Source: an uncultured Spirochaetaceae bacterium (GTDB lineage: Bacteria > Spirochaetota > Spirochaetia > SZUA-6 > DRHE01). From it: a DNA stretch of 64,000 nucleotides. Where the stretch lies: NCBI GenBank assembly GCA_964627715.1, contig CAZVHJ010000002.1, positions 14,109 through 78,108 on the forward strand, given 5' to 3'. The notes beneath the pieces were generated by a model. It had not been told where the DNA came from, did no database searches, and was given only the letters and a program-made list of their open reading frames with translations. The position numbers and the translations under genes are program-made. Below are positions 37,821 through 47,561 of the stretch, one piece after another (position 1 is the first letter of the stretch; each line of letters opens with the position of its first letter).

Positions 37821-38690
37821 GTGAAAAAACCGTTGCGGCTTCAGGTGAAATCGGTACGTTTCACTGCAGTCATAGGAATACTCCCTTTTTTTATTTTTTG
37901 TCTGGCCTTTGAAATTGTTCCAATTATCGTGTTAATCAAAGAAAGTTTTTTTAACACCATCGGCGGCTTGACTCTGTCCAACTACACCGGTTTGAGCCGG
38001 GCGGTTTACTTGAGCTCTTTCTGGAACAGCATACGTCTCTCTGCTATCACCGCCCTCTTGGGTACAGTCTTTGGGACCTTTATCGGATACAGTATCCTGC
38101 AGATAAAATCCAAACGTATTCGCGCCCTCTTTGAAGCCCTGTCCAATGTCACCACGAATTTTGCAGGGGCACCCCTTGCTTTCGCCTTTATCATCATACT
38201 CGGCGCCAATGGGGTTATCACCCTGCTCTTTGCCAAGCTCCTGCACCTCAATCTCTATCCCGGTTTTCAGATCTACTCCTACGCCGGCTTGGTGGTCGCC
38301 TACACCTACTTCCAGCTTCCGTTGATGATCCTGCTGATCATCCCCTCTTTTACCGGTCTTCACAAGGAATGGCGGGAAGCCGCTGTGAGCACGGGAGCCA
38401 CCACCTGGCAGTACTGGCGCTACATCGGTTTTCCGCTGCTCGCCCCCTCACTGATTGCAGGATTAGTGCTCCTCTTCGCTAACGCCTACGGAGCTTACGC
38501 TACGGCGTACACCCTGGTAGGGTCCAAACTCATGCTGGTAACCACGCAGATTGCCTTCGTCATCACCGGTGAAGTCTTGCACGATCCTGCCCTTGCCAAA
38601 GCGATGGCAACTGTTTCACTGATCATTATGGCTGTTTGCATTTTCATCTACCGGATAACCATTGCCCGGGCCAGGGGTTGGGGGAAATGA
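37821..38690 (+). CDS. ABC transporter permease (PotB/binding-protein-dependent transport inner-membrane component)
   Basis: Six TM helices, conserved EAA-like loop region; GTG start; preceded by a 245-bp AT-rich intergenic region. Confidence 0.8.
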   Translation: MKKPLRLQVKSVRFTAVIGILPFFIFCLAFEIVPIIVLIKESFFNTIGGLTLSNYTGLSRAVYLSSFWNSIRLSAITALLGTVFGTFIGYSILQIKSKRIRALFEALSNVTTNFAGAPLAFAFIIILGANGVITLLFAKLLHLNLYPGFQIYSYAGLVVAYTYFQLPLMILLIIPSFTGLHKEWREAAVSTGATTWQYWRYIGFPLLAPSLIAGLVLLFANAYGAYATAYTLVGSKLMLVTTQIAFVITGEVLHDPALAKAMATVSLIIMAVCIFIYRITIARARGWGK

Positions 38691-39505
38691 AAAACAGAAC
38701 ATCGGCCAAACCCGTATTTCTGGTTCTTTTTGTGCTCTACATGCTGATCCCCATCTTGGCCACTTATTTGTTTTCCGTGGCTGTTCGTTGGGACCGATCC
38801 ATTCTGCCCGAAGGGTACACCCTGGAGTGGTACCAAAAGACATTTCAGCACCCCTATTTCATTATTACACTGAAAAACTCATTCATCTTGGCTGTGTATA
38901 CCGTAATAACCAATATCATTCTGATCGTTCCTGCCACCTATGTCGCCCACACCCGGCTTCCTGTGGCAAAACTGCCAATGGATATTCTGACCATTCTCCC
39001 ATTCGGCATTCCCCGTGTCATCCTGGCATTGGCACTGATCACCGTTTATACGGTTCAACCCATCGCTCGCTCTCCGTTTCTCCTCGTCTGCGCCTGCACG
39101 ATTTTCTCCATGCCCTATATGTACAGACCGGTGTCCAACAGTCTATTGGCTATTGATTTACGAACCCTCAACGATGCAGCCCAACTGCAGGGCGCCAACA
39201 CTCTGCAGGTTTTGTTCTATGTCATCGGTCCGAATATCATGACGGGAATTATAAGCGGGAGTTTGCTGGTGTTTTCAGCCATTTTCGCGGAATATACGTT
39301 GGCCCGATTGATAACGGGCGCCCGTTTTAAAACCCTGCCGGTACTTCTGGTCGAGTTCACCCGGAGGGACGGACGCATCGCTTCGGCGATATCGGTGATC
39401 GCCTTTACCGTTGCTCTGCTCCTTTCCCTGGCCATTATCATCATGGCCAGAAGGAGCAGAAAACCCGCTACAGGTCAGGTAGGGAACAGAACGCAAAGGA
39501 GGTGA
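38687..39505 (+). CDS. ABC transporter permease (PotC-like)
   Basis: MKNRTSAKPVFLVLFVLYMLIPIL..., six TM helices; ATGA overlap with the upstream permease (the longer ORF from 38636 overlaps and has no RBS). Confidence 0.8.
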   Translation: MKNRTSAKPVFLVLFVLYMLIPILATYLFSVAVRWDRSILPEGYTLEWYQKTFQHPYFIITLKNSFILAVYTVITNIILIVPATYVAHTRLPVAKLPMDILTILPFGIPRVILALALITVYTVQPIARSPFLLVCACTIFSMPYMYRPVSNSLLAIDLRTLNDAAQLQGANTLQVLFYVIGPNIMTGIISGSLLVFSAIFAEYTLARLITGARFKTLPVLLVEFTRRDGRIASAISVIAFTVALLLSLAIIIMARRSRKPATGQVGNRTQRR

Positions 39506-39573
39506 TAGAAGAGAATCAGTCATCTTAAGACTCAAGTTTTTCAGGGCTCATCAAAAAAAGAAGGAGAAGAGAA

Positions 39574-40665
39574 ATGAAAAGAAAAATCGTTTTCACCATG
39601 GTGTTTGTGGTTTGCGTTCTTTTGACCGGCGGTTTATTTGCCTCGGGCACCCAGGAGAACACGGGACCGGCTGCAGAACCCGGTTCGATGGAAGAACTTA
39701 TTGCGGCGGCAAAAGAGGAAGGCGTACTGGTCTCCTATGGGCTGCCGGATGATTGGGTCAACTACGGAGGTATCCTGGGGATACTGAAAAACAAGTACGG
39801 CATCAAGTCTATGGACACCGACATGGGCAGCGGATCGATCATTGCCGCCTTGAAGGCGGAAAAGAGTGCACCGGTAGCAGACGCAACCGATCTGGGATTC
39901 AACTTCGCCACGGTTATTACCAGCGAAAAGCTCTCCCAACCGTACAAGAACAAGTACTGGGATGAGATCCCTGATTATGCCAAAGACCCGGACGGCCTTT
40001 GGTCCGCCGCTTACTGGGGAGCTATAGCGTTTACCGTGAACACGGACATCGTCAAAAACGTTCCCAAAACCTGGGACGATCTTTTGAAACCGGAGTACAA
40101 GAACATGGTGACCATGAAAGATCCCAGAGAATCCGGTACTGCCAACATGATGGTTCTAGCGGCTGCCTTTGCTCACGGCGGTAGTGAAAAGAACGTTCAG
40201 CCCGGACTGGACTACTTCAAAAAGCTTAAACGGGCGGGAAATATAAGGCCGGTCAGGCCCAGTACTTCCGCGATCCAGAAGGGTGAAGCCCCGATCGCAC
40301 TGTTCTGGGATTTCGACGGTCTGTCAAAGAAATACTCTCTGCCCATGGATTCGCTGCAGGTGGTGATCCCCCAAGACGGTACGGTGGCCGGCATGTACAT
40401 TCAGTTCATCGCGGCCGGTGCGCCTCACCCGAATGCCGCCAAACTCCTCCTTGAAACGGAATATTCTGAGGAGGGTCAGATCGAGTATGCCAGGGGTTTC
40501 GTCCACCCTATCCGCACCAGTGTAAAGCTGTCGGCTGATGTGCTGGCCAAGTTCCCGTCGGCGGAAGACTATAAAGTGGTCAGCTTTGTCAACGATGCCG
40601 AAGCCTTGGGTATCGCCGCAGAGGCAATTGCCAAAGGTTGGGATGAAGTTGCCGCTATAGAGTAA
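39574..40665 (+). CDS. ABC transporter periplasmic substrate-binding protein (PotD/Fe3+-type family)
   Basis: Signal peptide MKRKIVFTMVFVVCVLLTGGLFASG; about 360 aa solute-binding protein fold pattern; GGAGAAGAGA RBS. Confidence 0.75.
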   Translation: MKRKIVFTMVFVVCVLLTGGLFASGTQENTGPAAEPGSMEELIAAAKEEGVLVSYGLPDDWVNYGGILGILKNKYGIKSMDTDMGSGSIIAALKAEKSAPVADATDLGFNFATVITSEKLSQPYKNKYWDEIPDYAKDPDGLWSAAYWGAIAFTVNTDIVKNVPKTWDDLLKPEYKNMVTMKDPRESGTANMMVLAAAFAHGGSEKNVQPGLDYFKKLKRAGNIRPVRPSTSAIQKGEAPIALFWDFDGLSKKYSLPMDSLQVVIPQDGTVAGMYIQFIAAGAPHPNAAKLLLETEYSEEGQIEYARGFVHPIRTSVKLSADVLAKFPSAEDYKVVSFVNDAEALGIAAEAIAKGWDEVAAIE

Positions 40666-40828
40666 GTTCCAGCCTCACCTGGTTTTTTAACAGCAGTGGA
40701 GTGTAATTTCCTGCTGATCAGCATTCTTGTCACCCACTGCGAGACAGGGCAGTGAAAGGGGGTGGTGAACCATGAGCTGAGCTAATCCGTTGTTTCACCT
40801 ACTAAAATTTCTCGAGAGGAGAGGACGA

Positions 40829-42118
40829 ATGAAAAAATTTCTTATTCTATTGATGCTTTTAGCGGTTCTGACTTATTCCTGGGGGGGAGCCAAGAAGGAA
40901 GAAGGGGGAACCGTCTACTTAAGGATGTACTACCCGGTCGGCGTTGCCGGCTCGCTGGCGCAGCTGATGGACGGCCTGGTCGAAGAGTTCAACGACTCTC
41001 AAGACGAGGTATATGTCGAATCGATTTTTGCCGGAGGGTACATGGAGGCCATGGACAAAGCCCAGACCGCTTTCCTGGCCGGAAACCCCCCGGAGATCGC
41101 AGTTTTGGACGCACCGAATCTGCTCACCCTGATGGACATCGGCGCTATTATTCCCCTCGACGATTTTATTGCTGAAGAAGGCGGCGATGCCTTCGTCAAC
41201 AACTTCCTGGAAGGATTCATGAAGATCGCCCGTTTCGACGGGAAGATCTGGTCGATACCCTGGCAGAGAAGCACGCCCATCATGTATTACAACAAGGATT
41301 TTTATCGTGAAGCGGGTCTTGATCCGGACAAACCCGCCTCAACCTGGGACGAATTGGCTGAATACGCCAAGAAACTTACAAAAACCGACGCCAGTGGAAA
41401 TGTCGAGCGTTGGGGAGTCCTCATTCCCAACGACTACTGGCTTACCATGCCCCTGCTCCTTCAGGCCGGCGGTGTGGCAGACAACGAGCCCGGAACCTAT
41501 ATCGCAATCGACACCGAAGAGATGAGAGACGTTTACCGCTTTCTCCATAAGATGGCCTACGAGATGAAGGTGACCACCGGGGTCACACCCTGGTCTCAAT
41601 CTGTTTCAGACTTTGCTACGGGAAAGACGGCCATGCTCTATCACTCAACCGGCGCCCTGACCTACATCCGCAACTCGACCAAGTATGATTTCGGCACCGC
41701 TTTCCTTCCCAGGCATAAGCGGCAGGTTGTTATCGAAGGCGGCGGCAACTTCTTCATCTTCAAGACCGATGAACGCCGCCAGGCTGCCGCCTGGAAGATG
41801 ATCAAGTGGATGACCCAGCCGGAAAACACGGCCAAGTGGAGCGTGGGCTCAGGGTACATACCGGTGCGAAAGGAAGCCTTTGATCTGCCGGAGTACAAGG
41901 CCTTTACGGAAAAGTGGCCCCAGGCCTTGGTGGCTTACAATCAGCTGATCGAGTCCGATGTAGAGCGCAATATGATGACCCACCGGATGCAGGAGGTTTA
42001 CGATATGTTGAACGTGCTCGATGAGAAAATAAGAGGCTCCGAAGACCTGTCGATCATGGACCAAGCTCTGAAAGAAGCACAGGCCGAGGCGGATAAAATC
42101 CTGGCTAAATGGCAGTAA
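40829..42118 (+). CDS. sugar ABC transporter substrate-binding protein (family 1, UgpB/MalE-like)
   Basis: Signal MKKFLILLMLLAVLTYSWGGA; about 430 aa; GAGGAGAGGA RBS 4 nt upstream of the ATG at 40829. Confidence 0.8.
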   Translation: MKKFLILLMLLAVLTYSWGGAKKEEGGTVYLRMYYPVGVAGSLAQLMDGLVEEFNDSQDEVYVESIFAGGYMEAMDKAQTAFLAGNPPEIAVLDAPNLLTLMDIGAIIPLDDFIAEEGGDAFVNNFLEGFMKIARFDGKIWSIPWQRSTPIMYYNKDFYREAGLDPDKPASTWDELAEYAKKLTKTDASGNVERWGVLIPNDYWLTMPLLLQAGGVADNEPGTYIAIDTEEMRDVYRFLHKMAYEMKVTTGVTPWSQSVSDFATGKTAMLYHSTGALTYIRNSTKYDFGTAFLPRHKRQVVIEGGGNFFIFKTDERRQAAAWKMIKWMTQPENTAKWSVGSGYIPVRKEAFDLPEYKAFTEKWPQALVAYNQLIESDVERNMMTHRMQEVYDMLNVLDEKIRGSEDLSIMDQALKEAQAEADKILAKWQ

Positions 42119-42138
42119 GCCAAAGCATGGTTACCCCA

Positions 42139-42173
42139 AAGCCCCCATTCAAACATTCTTGAAATGGGGGCTT
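42139..42173 (+). other. intercistronic perfect 11-bp stem-loop AAGCCCCCATT-N13-AATGGGGGCTT spanning the permease TTG start
   Basis: Seen directly; no U-tract follows, so it is more likely an mRNA-stability or translation-coupling hairpin between the SBP and permease cistrons than a terminator. Confidence 0.5.
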
Positions 42174-43085
42174 ATAAAAGGATTGAAACATTTGGCTGGA
42201 ACGTTGAGATACAGGCGTTACGAAAAAGTAAAACCCTATCTATACATTCTACCGGCATTCTTTTTCCTCTTGCTATTTACCTATTACCCGATAATCCGGG
42301 CTGTCTATATCGGCTTCTTCAACTGGAGCACCGACTATCCGGTCAAGGTGTTTAACGGTATTCAGAACTACATAGATATTTTGAACAACGCAGTATTCTG
42401 GCAGGTCATACGGAACACCATCTTGTACTCCTTCAGCACCATATTCATGAGTATGTCTTTGGGCCTCTTTCTGGCGGTCCAGGTGAATAAGAATGTCAGG
42501 GCCGGTGGTTTCTTCAAAGTGGCCCTCTTCTATCCGATGATGATTCCCGGTGCGGCCGCGGCTTTGATCTGGTTGTGGATGTATGTGCCGACATACGGTG
42601 TACTGGACCACTTTCTATCAAGCATCGGCCTTCGTGGTTTGCCCTGGCTGAACAGCACTAAAACCGCTCTGTGGTGCATCGTTGCTGTCGGAGTTTGGAA
42701 GCATGTGGGCTACTACATGATCCTCTTTCTGGCCGGCTTGAACAACATTCCCGGAGAACTGGACGACGCGGCGCGGGTGGAGGGGGCGGGTCGCTGGACA
42801 AGGTTCTGGCGGGTCACCTTTCCACTTCTGTCTTCTTATACCTTCTTCATCTTTATTATCAATATCGTAGATTCTTTGCAATCCATCGATCTGGTCTACA
42901 TCATGACTCAAGGAAGGCCGGCGGATTCCACCAATTTGATTGTGTACTACATTTACCAGCAGGCTTTCCGTTACTGGAACATGGGTGTCGGCTCCGCCCT
43001 GACCAGTATGCTGACCCTGTTCCTTCTGATCTGTGTTGTTGTCATCTTTTCCACCATCGGCCGCAGAATCTACTACGAGGCATAG
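42159..43085 (+). CDS. sugar ABC transporter permease (MalF/UgpA-like)
   Basis: Six TM helices with the conserved EAA loop region (DDAARVEGAGRWTRFWRVTFPLL); TTG start. Confidence 0.8.
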   Translation: MKWGLIKGLKHLAGTLRYRRYEKVKPYLYILPAFFFLLLFTYYPIIRAVYIGFFNWSTDYPVKVFNGIQNYIDILNNAVFWQVIRNTILYSFSTIFMSMSLGLFLAVQVNKNVRAGGFFKVALFYPMMIPGAAAALIWLWMYVPTYGVLDHFLSSIGLRGLPWLNSTKTALWCIVAVGVWKHVGYYMILFLAGLNNIPGELDDAARVEGAGRWTRFWRVTFPLLSSYTFFIFIINIVDSLQSIDLVYIMTQGRPADSTNLIVYYIYQQAFRYWNMGVGSALTSMLTLFLLICVVVIFSTIGRRIYYEA

Positions 43086-43087
43086 CA

Positions 43088-43939
43088 ATGGGGTCAGGCA
43101 GTAGATACAATCAGGAAGACCGTAACCGCAATATACTTGCCTATGTTATATTGGCGCCCGTTTCGATCCTCATGATCATCCCAATGCTGCTACTCATCAG
43201 CACGGCCTTCAAAACGCTGCCCGAGGTGATGAGCATAGAGTTTCGCTGGCTGCCTGAAACATTCCGCCTGGATAATTTTCAAAAAGCCATGTCCGTCGCC
43301 CCTTTCGGCAGATACTACATCAACACGATCATCGTTGTTGTGATGATTCTGGCTGTTCAGTTAATCACTATCTCATTGGCCGCCTATGCCTTTGCCCGGC
43401 TAAAGTTTCGGGGCAGGGAAATCATCTTCATCTTTTTCCTGGTTCAACTGCTCATCCCGCCGCAGAGCATCGTCGTGCCCAACTACCACACAATTTCTTC
43501 ATTAAAACTGTTGAATACCAAATTAGCTGTCGGATTAGTCTATTTTGCTTCGGCGTATGGGATTTTTCTTATGCGTCAGGCCTTTAAGGCGATCCCGAAA
43601 GAAATGGAAGATTCAGTAAGGATCGACGGCGGGGGAGGATTTACTACTATCATCCATGTCTTGCTACCCCTGGCCAAACCCTCACTCGTCGCTTTCGCCA
43701 TGGTGAGCATCAGCTATCACTGGAATGAGTTTTTCTGGCCTTTGATCGTTACCGACACAAAGCGAGCCCGGCTTCTAACCGTGGGGCTGGCGCTGCTGAC
43801 ACAGGCCACTGAGAGCAGCCCGGAATGGTCTCTTACCATGGCAGCTACCATTATCGTGATCGCGCCGCTCCTGCTGTCCTTCATTATATTTCAAAGGAAG
43901 TTTATTCAGAGCTTTATGCATTCGGGTCTTAAAGGCTGA
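43088..43939 (+). CDS. sugar ABC transporter permease (MalG/UgpE-like)
   Basis: MGSGSRYNQEDRNRNILAYVILAPVSILMII..., EAA-like loop (EDSVRIDGGGGFTTIIHVLLPLAKP); ATG 2 nt after the upstream stop. The long in-frame upstream extension (from 42671) overlaps the previous gene and is rejected. Confidence 0.8.
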   Translation: MGSGSRYNQEDRNRNILAYVILAPVSILMIIPMLLLISTAFKTLPEVMSIEFRWLPETFRLDNFQKAMSVAPFGRYYINTIIVVVMILAVQLITISLAAYAFARLKFRGREIIFIFFLVQLLIPPQSIVVPNYHTISSLKLLNTKLAVGLVYFASAYGIFLMRQAFKAIPKEMEDSVRIDGGGGFTTIIHVLLPLAKPSLVAFAMVSISYHWNEFFWPLIVTDTKRARLLTVGLALLTQATESSPEWSLTMAATIIVIAPLLLSFIIFQRKFIQSFMHSGLKG

Positions 43940-43955
43940 GGTAGCGCATCGCACC

Positions 43956-44693
43956 TTATATGAAAACCACCAGCTCGTCTTGCGCCAAAATGATTTCACC
44001 TTTGAAATGTCGGGCTGCTTCGATAGCAGGTTCGAACTCCCAAACCTCCGGGTAAAGGTGGGTCAGCATGAGTCGCTTCACTCCTGCAAGGTCCGCGATC
44101 TTGGCCGCCAGCACCGGAGTTAAATGATCTTTCGTTTGATTTTGTACAGAATTAGCGCAATCCATGATGGCCAAATCACTGGAATCTGCGAGCCTTATCA
44201 GGTTCTCGTTCCAGCCGCTGTCGCCGGAGTAAAACACAGATTTGTCGTCGGCGCCACTTATTCTGAGGCAAATGCTGTTCTCCGTGTGTGCGGTCAGGCG
44301 CGCTTTGACAGTGTAGGAACCGATTTGTGTTTTTTCATCATCGAGCTCGTGGAGCAAGATTGATAGATCCTTTATCCAATCGCGGTGAACAGCTATCAGT
44401 TTATTAAACCAATCCGGCAGTCCTCTGGGGCCGTACAAAGACAAATTGTTCCGCCGTTCTGTTTCCAGGACCCATCGTCTCCAAAGAAATGGAATAAGAT
44501 CCGCAATGTGGTCAACATGAAAATGAGAGATCAATATGTAATTGATTGGTTTCAGCCTTTGGTCCGGGCTGTATAGAGCAGACCAAATCCCGGGTCCACA
44601 GTCAATCAAGATCTGCTCGTCGATGAGATAGCCGGAACACTTTCTGCCCATCCGGCCTGAGATTGTACCGGAGCCCAACACCCTCAGTTGCAA
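43956..44693 (-). CDS. MBL-fold metallo-hydrolase (RNase Z/beta-lactamase-like)
   Basis: ISHFHVDHIADL (HxHxDH motif), further His/Asp ligands; 245 aa. Confidence 0.7.
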   Translation of the reverse strand: MQLRVLGSGTISGRMGRKCSGYLIDEQILIDCGPGIWSALYSPDQRLKPINYILISHFHVDHIADLIPFLWRRWVLETERRNNLSLYGPRGLPDWFNKLIAVHRDWIKDLSILLHELDDEKTQIGSYTVKARLTAHTENSICLRISGADDKSVFYSGDSGWNENLIRLADSSDLAIMDCANSVQNQTKDHLTPVLAAKIADLAGVKRLMLTHLYPEVWEFEPAIEAARHFKGEIILAQDELVVFI

Positions 44694-44752
44694 ATTATGA
44701 CCTCCTGCTTCCTGACCAGCTTCTTCGGGCAGGGGTGGACAGTCATCCCTAT

Positions 44753-46267
44753 TTAGTCAATCGCGTTCCCGGGGTAGCGGCCGAGAATTTCCCTGATTCT
44801 TTGCTCTATCTGCATACCCAGGTCAAAGATTCCCGCCGAGAGGTAGAAACGAAGGACTGATTTTTCATTGGTTGCAACACGAAGATATCCGTTGTACCAG
44901 TCGTTTTCCAGCTTACCGGCCTCGAGATCGACCCCTCTACTGACGACCGTGCCCAGTAGATCGATGCCCTGTTCAGTTTCGGAGACCAACACTGCGTGGT
45001 CTTCTTTGAAATACTGCAGCACCGCCCGTAACGCTTGATCACGGGTTTTATCGTCGGCCATCTGGTAGTTAATCTCCCCCGTGGTGAACACCCTGTCCTG
45101 CAGGGCCCACAAAGTCCCCATCAACTCCGGATTCTCCTTGAGTGCTTTTATCAGCAGCAAGACGGTGACCAAAGAGTTTTCGGCAAAGAACGTCAACCCC
45201 TCGATGGTCAAACTGTGGTAGTAATGTCCGGACTCTTCAACCGCCGCCAGGGCGCCGATCCGGCGCATATATTCCTTGATCTGGGAGTGCCCGTTTCCGA
45301 ACAAGACCGGTTTGATGTCCAGTTTAGCCCACTCAACCAGGGCCAAAGGGTTGACCTTGGGATCGTAAATTATCTTGGGCGACTCGGACGAAGCGGTTCC
45401 GGACGCAGAACCGCCGGCAAGGAGCTTCCTCAGAATGGGGATTGCAGCAAAACCGGCGTTCATGATCCCCCGGACATTTCCGAATACCAACCGGTCTCCA
45501 TCACCATCAGTACCGATGACCAGTTCCGCCCCGGTCTTGCCGGCCAGCTGAACTGCCTCATCCATTTTGTTCTGGCTGGTAGGATTCGGCGAGCCGGTTG
45601 GGAATGTCCCATCAGGGATAAGGCGCAGCGGCATTACGGAAACACCGGCTTGTTGAAGGGCGCGGCACAGTTCAGGTCCGGCAGATCCGTTCAGTGCATC
45701 GAGAACGACCCTCATTTCTTTCAGCTCATCATCTTCGATTCCGGCTGCCTGCATCGAGAATCGAAGGTATCGTTCGGTCAGATCAACTATGGTCAGCTTG
45801 CCCCCGGCGCCGAGCTTCAGGGATTCGGTACCGTGATAAATTTCCCGTATCTTGCTGAAACCGCCGTCAGGACCGCAGTTCAGGCCTATCGCCTGCACTC
45901 CCGGCAAGACTACCTTAAGTCCAACATAGTTGGCCGGGTTATGTGAAGCCGTGATAGTCAGGCCCATTGTTTTTGGGTGATCCTTTGATGCCCAGAATGA
46001 TAAAAAGTAACTCTGGGGTGTGCTGATCGAATCGGTACAGAGAAATACGGTAAACCCCGCTTTCACTGCGGATTCAGCTGCCATTTCCATAACCGAACCG
46101 CTTCCCAAGCGAGCGTCTCTTGCGATTGTTACGGTATCGACACCCAACCCGCGGCCGTAGATCAGCACTGCCTCGATGAAGCGATGTATTTCCAGAGGGG
46201 TGAACTCGCCCGCTTCCCAGCGCGCGTCATAGACTTTTATCGGATCTATCTTTGTAGGCTTCGACAT
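44753..46267 (-). CDS. alpha-D-phosphohexomutase family protein (phosphoglucomutase/phosphomannomutase-like, 504 aa)
   Basis: TITASHNPANYVGLKV phosphoserine loop; metal-binding TDGDGDRLV loop; four-domain length. Confidence 0.75.
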   Translation of the reverse strand: MSKPTKIDPIKVYDARWEAGEFTPLEIHRFIEAVLIYGRGLGVDTVTIARDARLGSGSVMEMAAESAVKAGFTVFLCTDSISTPQSYFLSFWASKDHPKTMGLTITASHNPANYVGLKVVLPGVQAIGLNCGPDGGFSKIREIYHGTESLKLGAGGKLTIVDLTERYLRFSMQAAGIEDDELKEMRVVLDALNGSAGPELCRALQQAGVSVMPLRLIPDGTFPTGSPNPTSQNKMDEAVQLAGKTGAELVIGTDGDGDRLVFGNVRGIMNAGFAAIPILRKLLAGGSASGTASSESPKIIYDPKVNPLALVEWAKLDIKPVLFGNGHSQIKEYMRRIGALAAVEESGHYYHSLTIEGLTFFAENSLVTVLLLIKALKENPELMGTLWALQDRVFTTGEINYQMADDKTRDQALRAVLQYFKEDHAVLVSETEQGIDLLGTVVSRGVDLEAGKLENDWYNGYLRVATNEKSVLRFYLSAGIFDLGMQIEQRIREILGRYPGNAID

Positions 46268-46285
46268 TAGTGATATCCCTCTCTT

Positions 46286-47494
46286 TCAGATGATCTTGTT
46301 GTCGCCGTAGAACAGTCTCTGAAAGGGAAGCAAGGCAACGCCCAACATCGAGGCCTTTTCTTTGAAACTCGAGAGTAAAATTTCAAGATCGTCCTTTTCG
46401 TAATAGGTGTTCTGTTCGAAAATCCTGGTCTTAAGAGGTCCGAGAAGCGTTTCGCCGAACTCGCTGATCTCTCCGCCGATGATTATGTAGTGGGGGTCAA
46501 CAGTCAAGATAATATTGTTGATCCCTCTGACAAGATAGTCGAGAAAAACATCCCAGGTCTGTGCTGCTAACGGATCGCCGCTCTCCAGCTTGGACCGAAA
46601 CTCCTGGGTGTCCCTCAACTTATCTTTTGAATTTTTGTTATAGTTTCGGATCAAAGCGCCGGAGGCGGCATAGATCTCCCAACAGTCCTTTCTCCCGCAG
46701 GTGCATACAATTCCTTTGGACTCAATGGTCATGTGGCCGACTTCACCGGCTCTTTTCTTGTTGCCCTTGTAAATATGGCCCCTAACCACGATACCTGCAC
46801 CGATACCACGGTTCAGTGAGAGATAAACAAGATTGCGCTTCTTTTTAGCCACACCAAACAGCAGCTCGGCAAAGGCGGCGGCGTTCGCTTCATTCTCAAC
46901 GAAGAGTGGGAAGGGGAAAAATTCCTCATATTGTCTGAAGTGTAGATCTTTTAAACCAAGATCTGGGGATAGGTTAGGAGCTATCTCCAGTACTTTTTTT
47001 TTCTCATTGACCGTTCCGGGCAAGGAAATACCTATGCCTAAGATCTTGTCACTGGCGATGCCATGTGCCCTGACTATCTCTTCGGTAACTTGTTGAATGT
47101 GGTTCATGATCTCACCGACACTGCGAAAATCCTCGTAATCGAATGCCACCTCCTGTTTGATGACTGCATCAAAGTTAATGAGGATGACCCTGATTTTATT
47201 ACTGGAGGTAAGATGATTCGACGAAAAATCGACACCAAAAGCATATCTGGATTCAGGCAGAAATCGGGTGATCATCGGTTTTCTGCCACCGGTGGAAACC
47301 GCCACTCCGGCTTCTTCGGCGATTCCTTCTTCGATGAGGTGGGTAACAATACTGGAAACCGTGGGTACGCTCAAGCCCGTCAGCTTCGCCATTTCCTGCT
47401 TGCTCAGCTCCCTCTCCCTCATCAGGAGATGCAATATCTTTCTGTTGTTGGCGTCCCGTATTCTTTCTTGACCCGCTCTAGCTCCTGTGAACAT
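46286..47494 (-). CDS. ROK-family transcriptional regulator (NagC/XylR-like) with N-terminal HTH
   Basis: HTH LSKQEMAKLTGLSVPTVSSIVTHLIEEGI; ROK sugar-kinase fold with zinc motif CTCGRKDCWE. Confidence 0.8.
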   Translation of the reverse strand: MFTGARAGQERIRDANNRKILHLLMRERELSKQEMAKLTGLSVPTVSSIVTHLIEEGIAEEAGVAVSTGGRKPMITRFLPESRYAFGVDFSSNHLTSSNKIRVILINFDAVIKQEVAFDYEDFRSVGEIMNHIQQVTEEIVRAHGIASDKILGIGISLPGTVNEKKKVLEIAPNLSPDLGLKDLHFRQYEEFFPFPLFVENEANAAAFAELLFGVAKKKRNLVYLSLNRGIGAGIVVRGHIYKGNKKRAGEVGHMTIESKGIVCTCGRKDCWEIYAASGALIRNYNKNSKDKLRDTQEFRSKLESGDPLAAQTWDVFLDYLVRGINNIILTVDPHYIIIGGEISEFGETLLGPLKTRIFEQNTYYEKDDLEILLSSFKEKASMLGVALLPFQRLFYGDNKII

Positions 47495-47561
47495 ACTTCC
47501 TTCTTTCCTGAAGCGCTATCTCTTGCAACCCCTTCATTATAACTTGCTTAACGGCACATTT

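Noticed and set aside
40666-40828. Possible structured RNA or terminator between the PotD-like SBP and the sugar SBP genes
   Set aside because: Only short imperfect stems (CCAG...CTGG followed by T6; CACTGC...GCAGTG). Plausibly a weak terminator, not enough to call a feature.
42671-43087. 5' extension of the second sugar permease ORF (starting at 42671)
   Set aside because: The extension overlaps the upstream permease in another frame. ATG at 43088 directly follows the upstream stop and begins a typical permease N-terminus.
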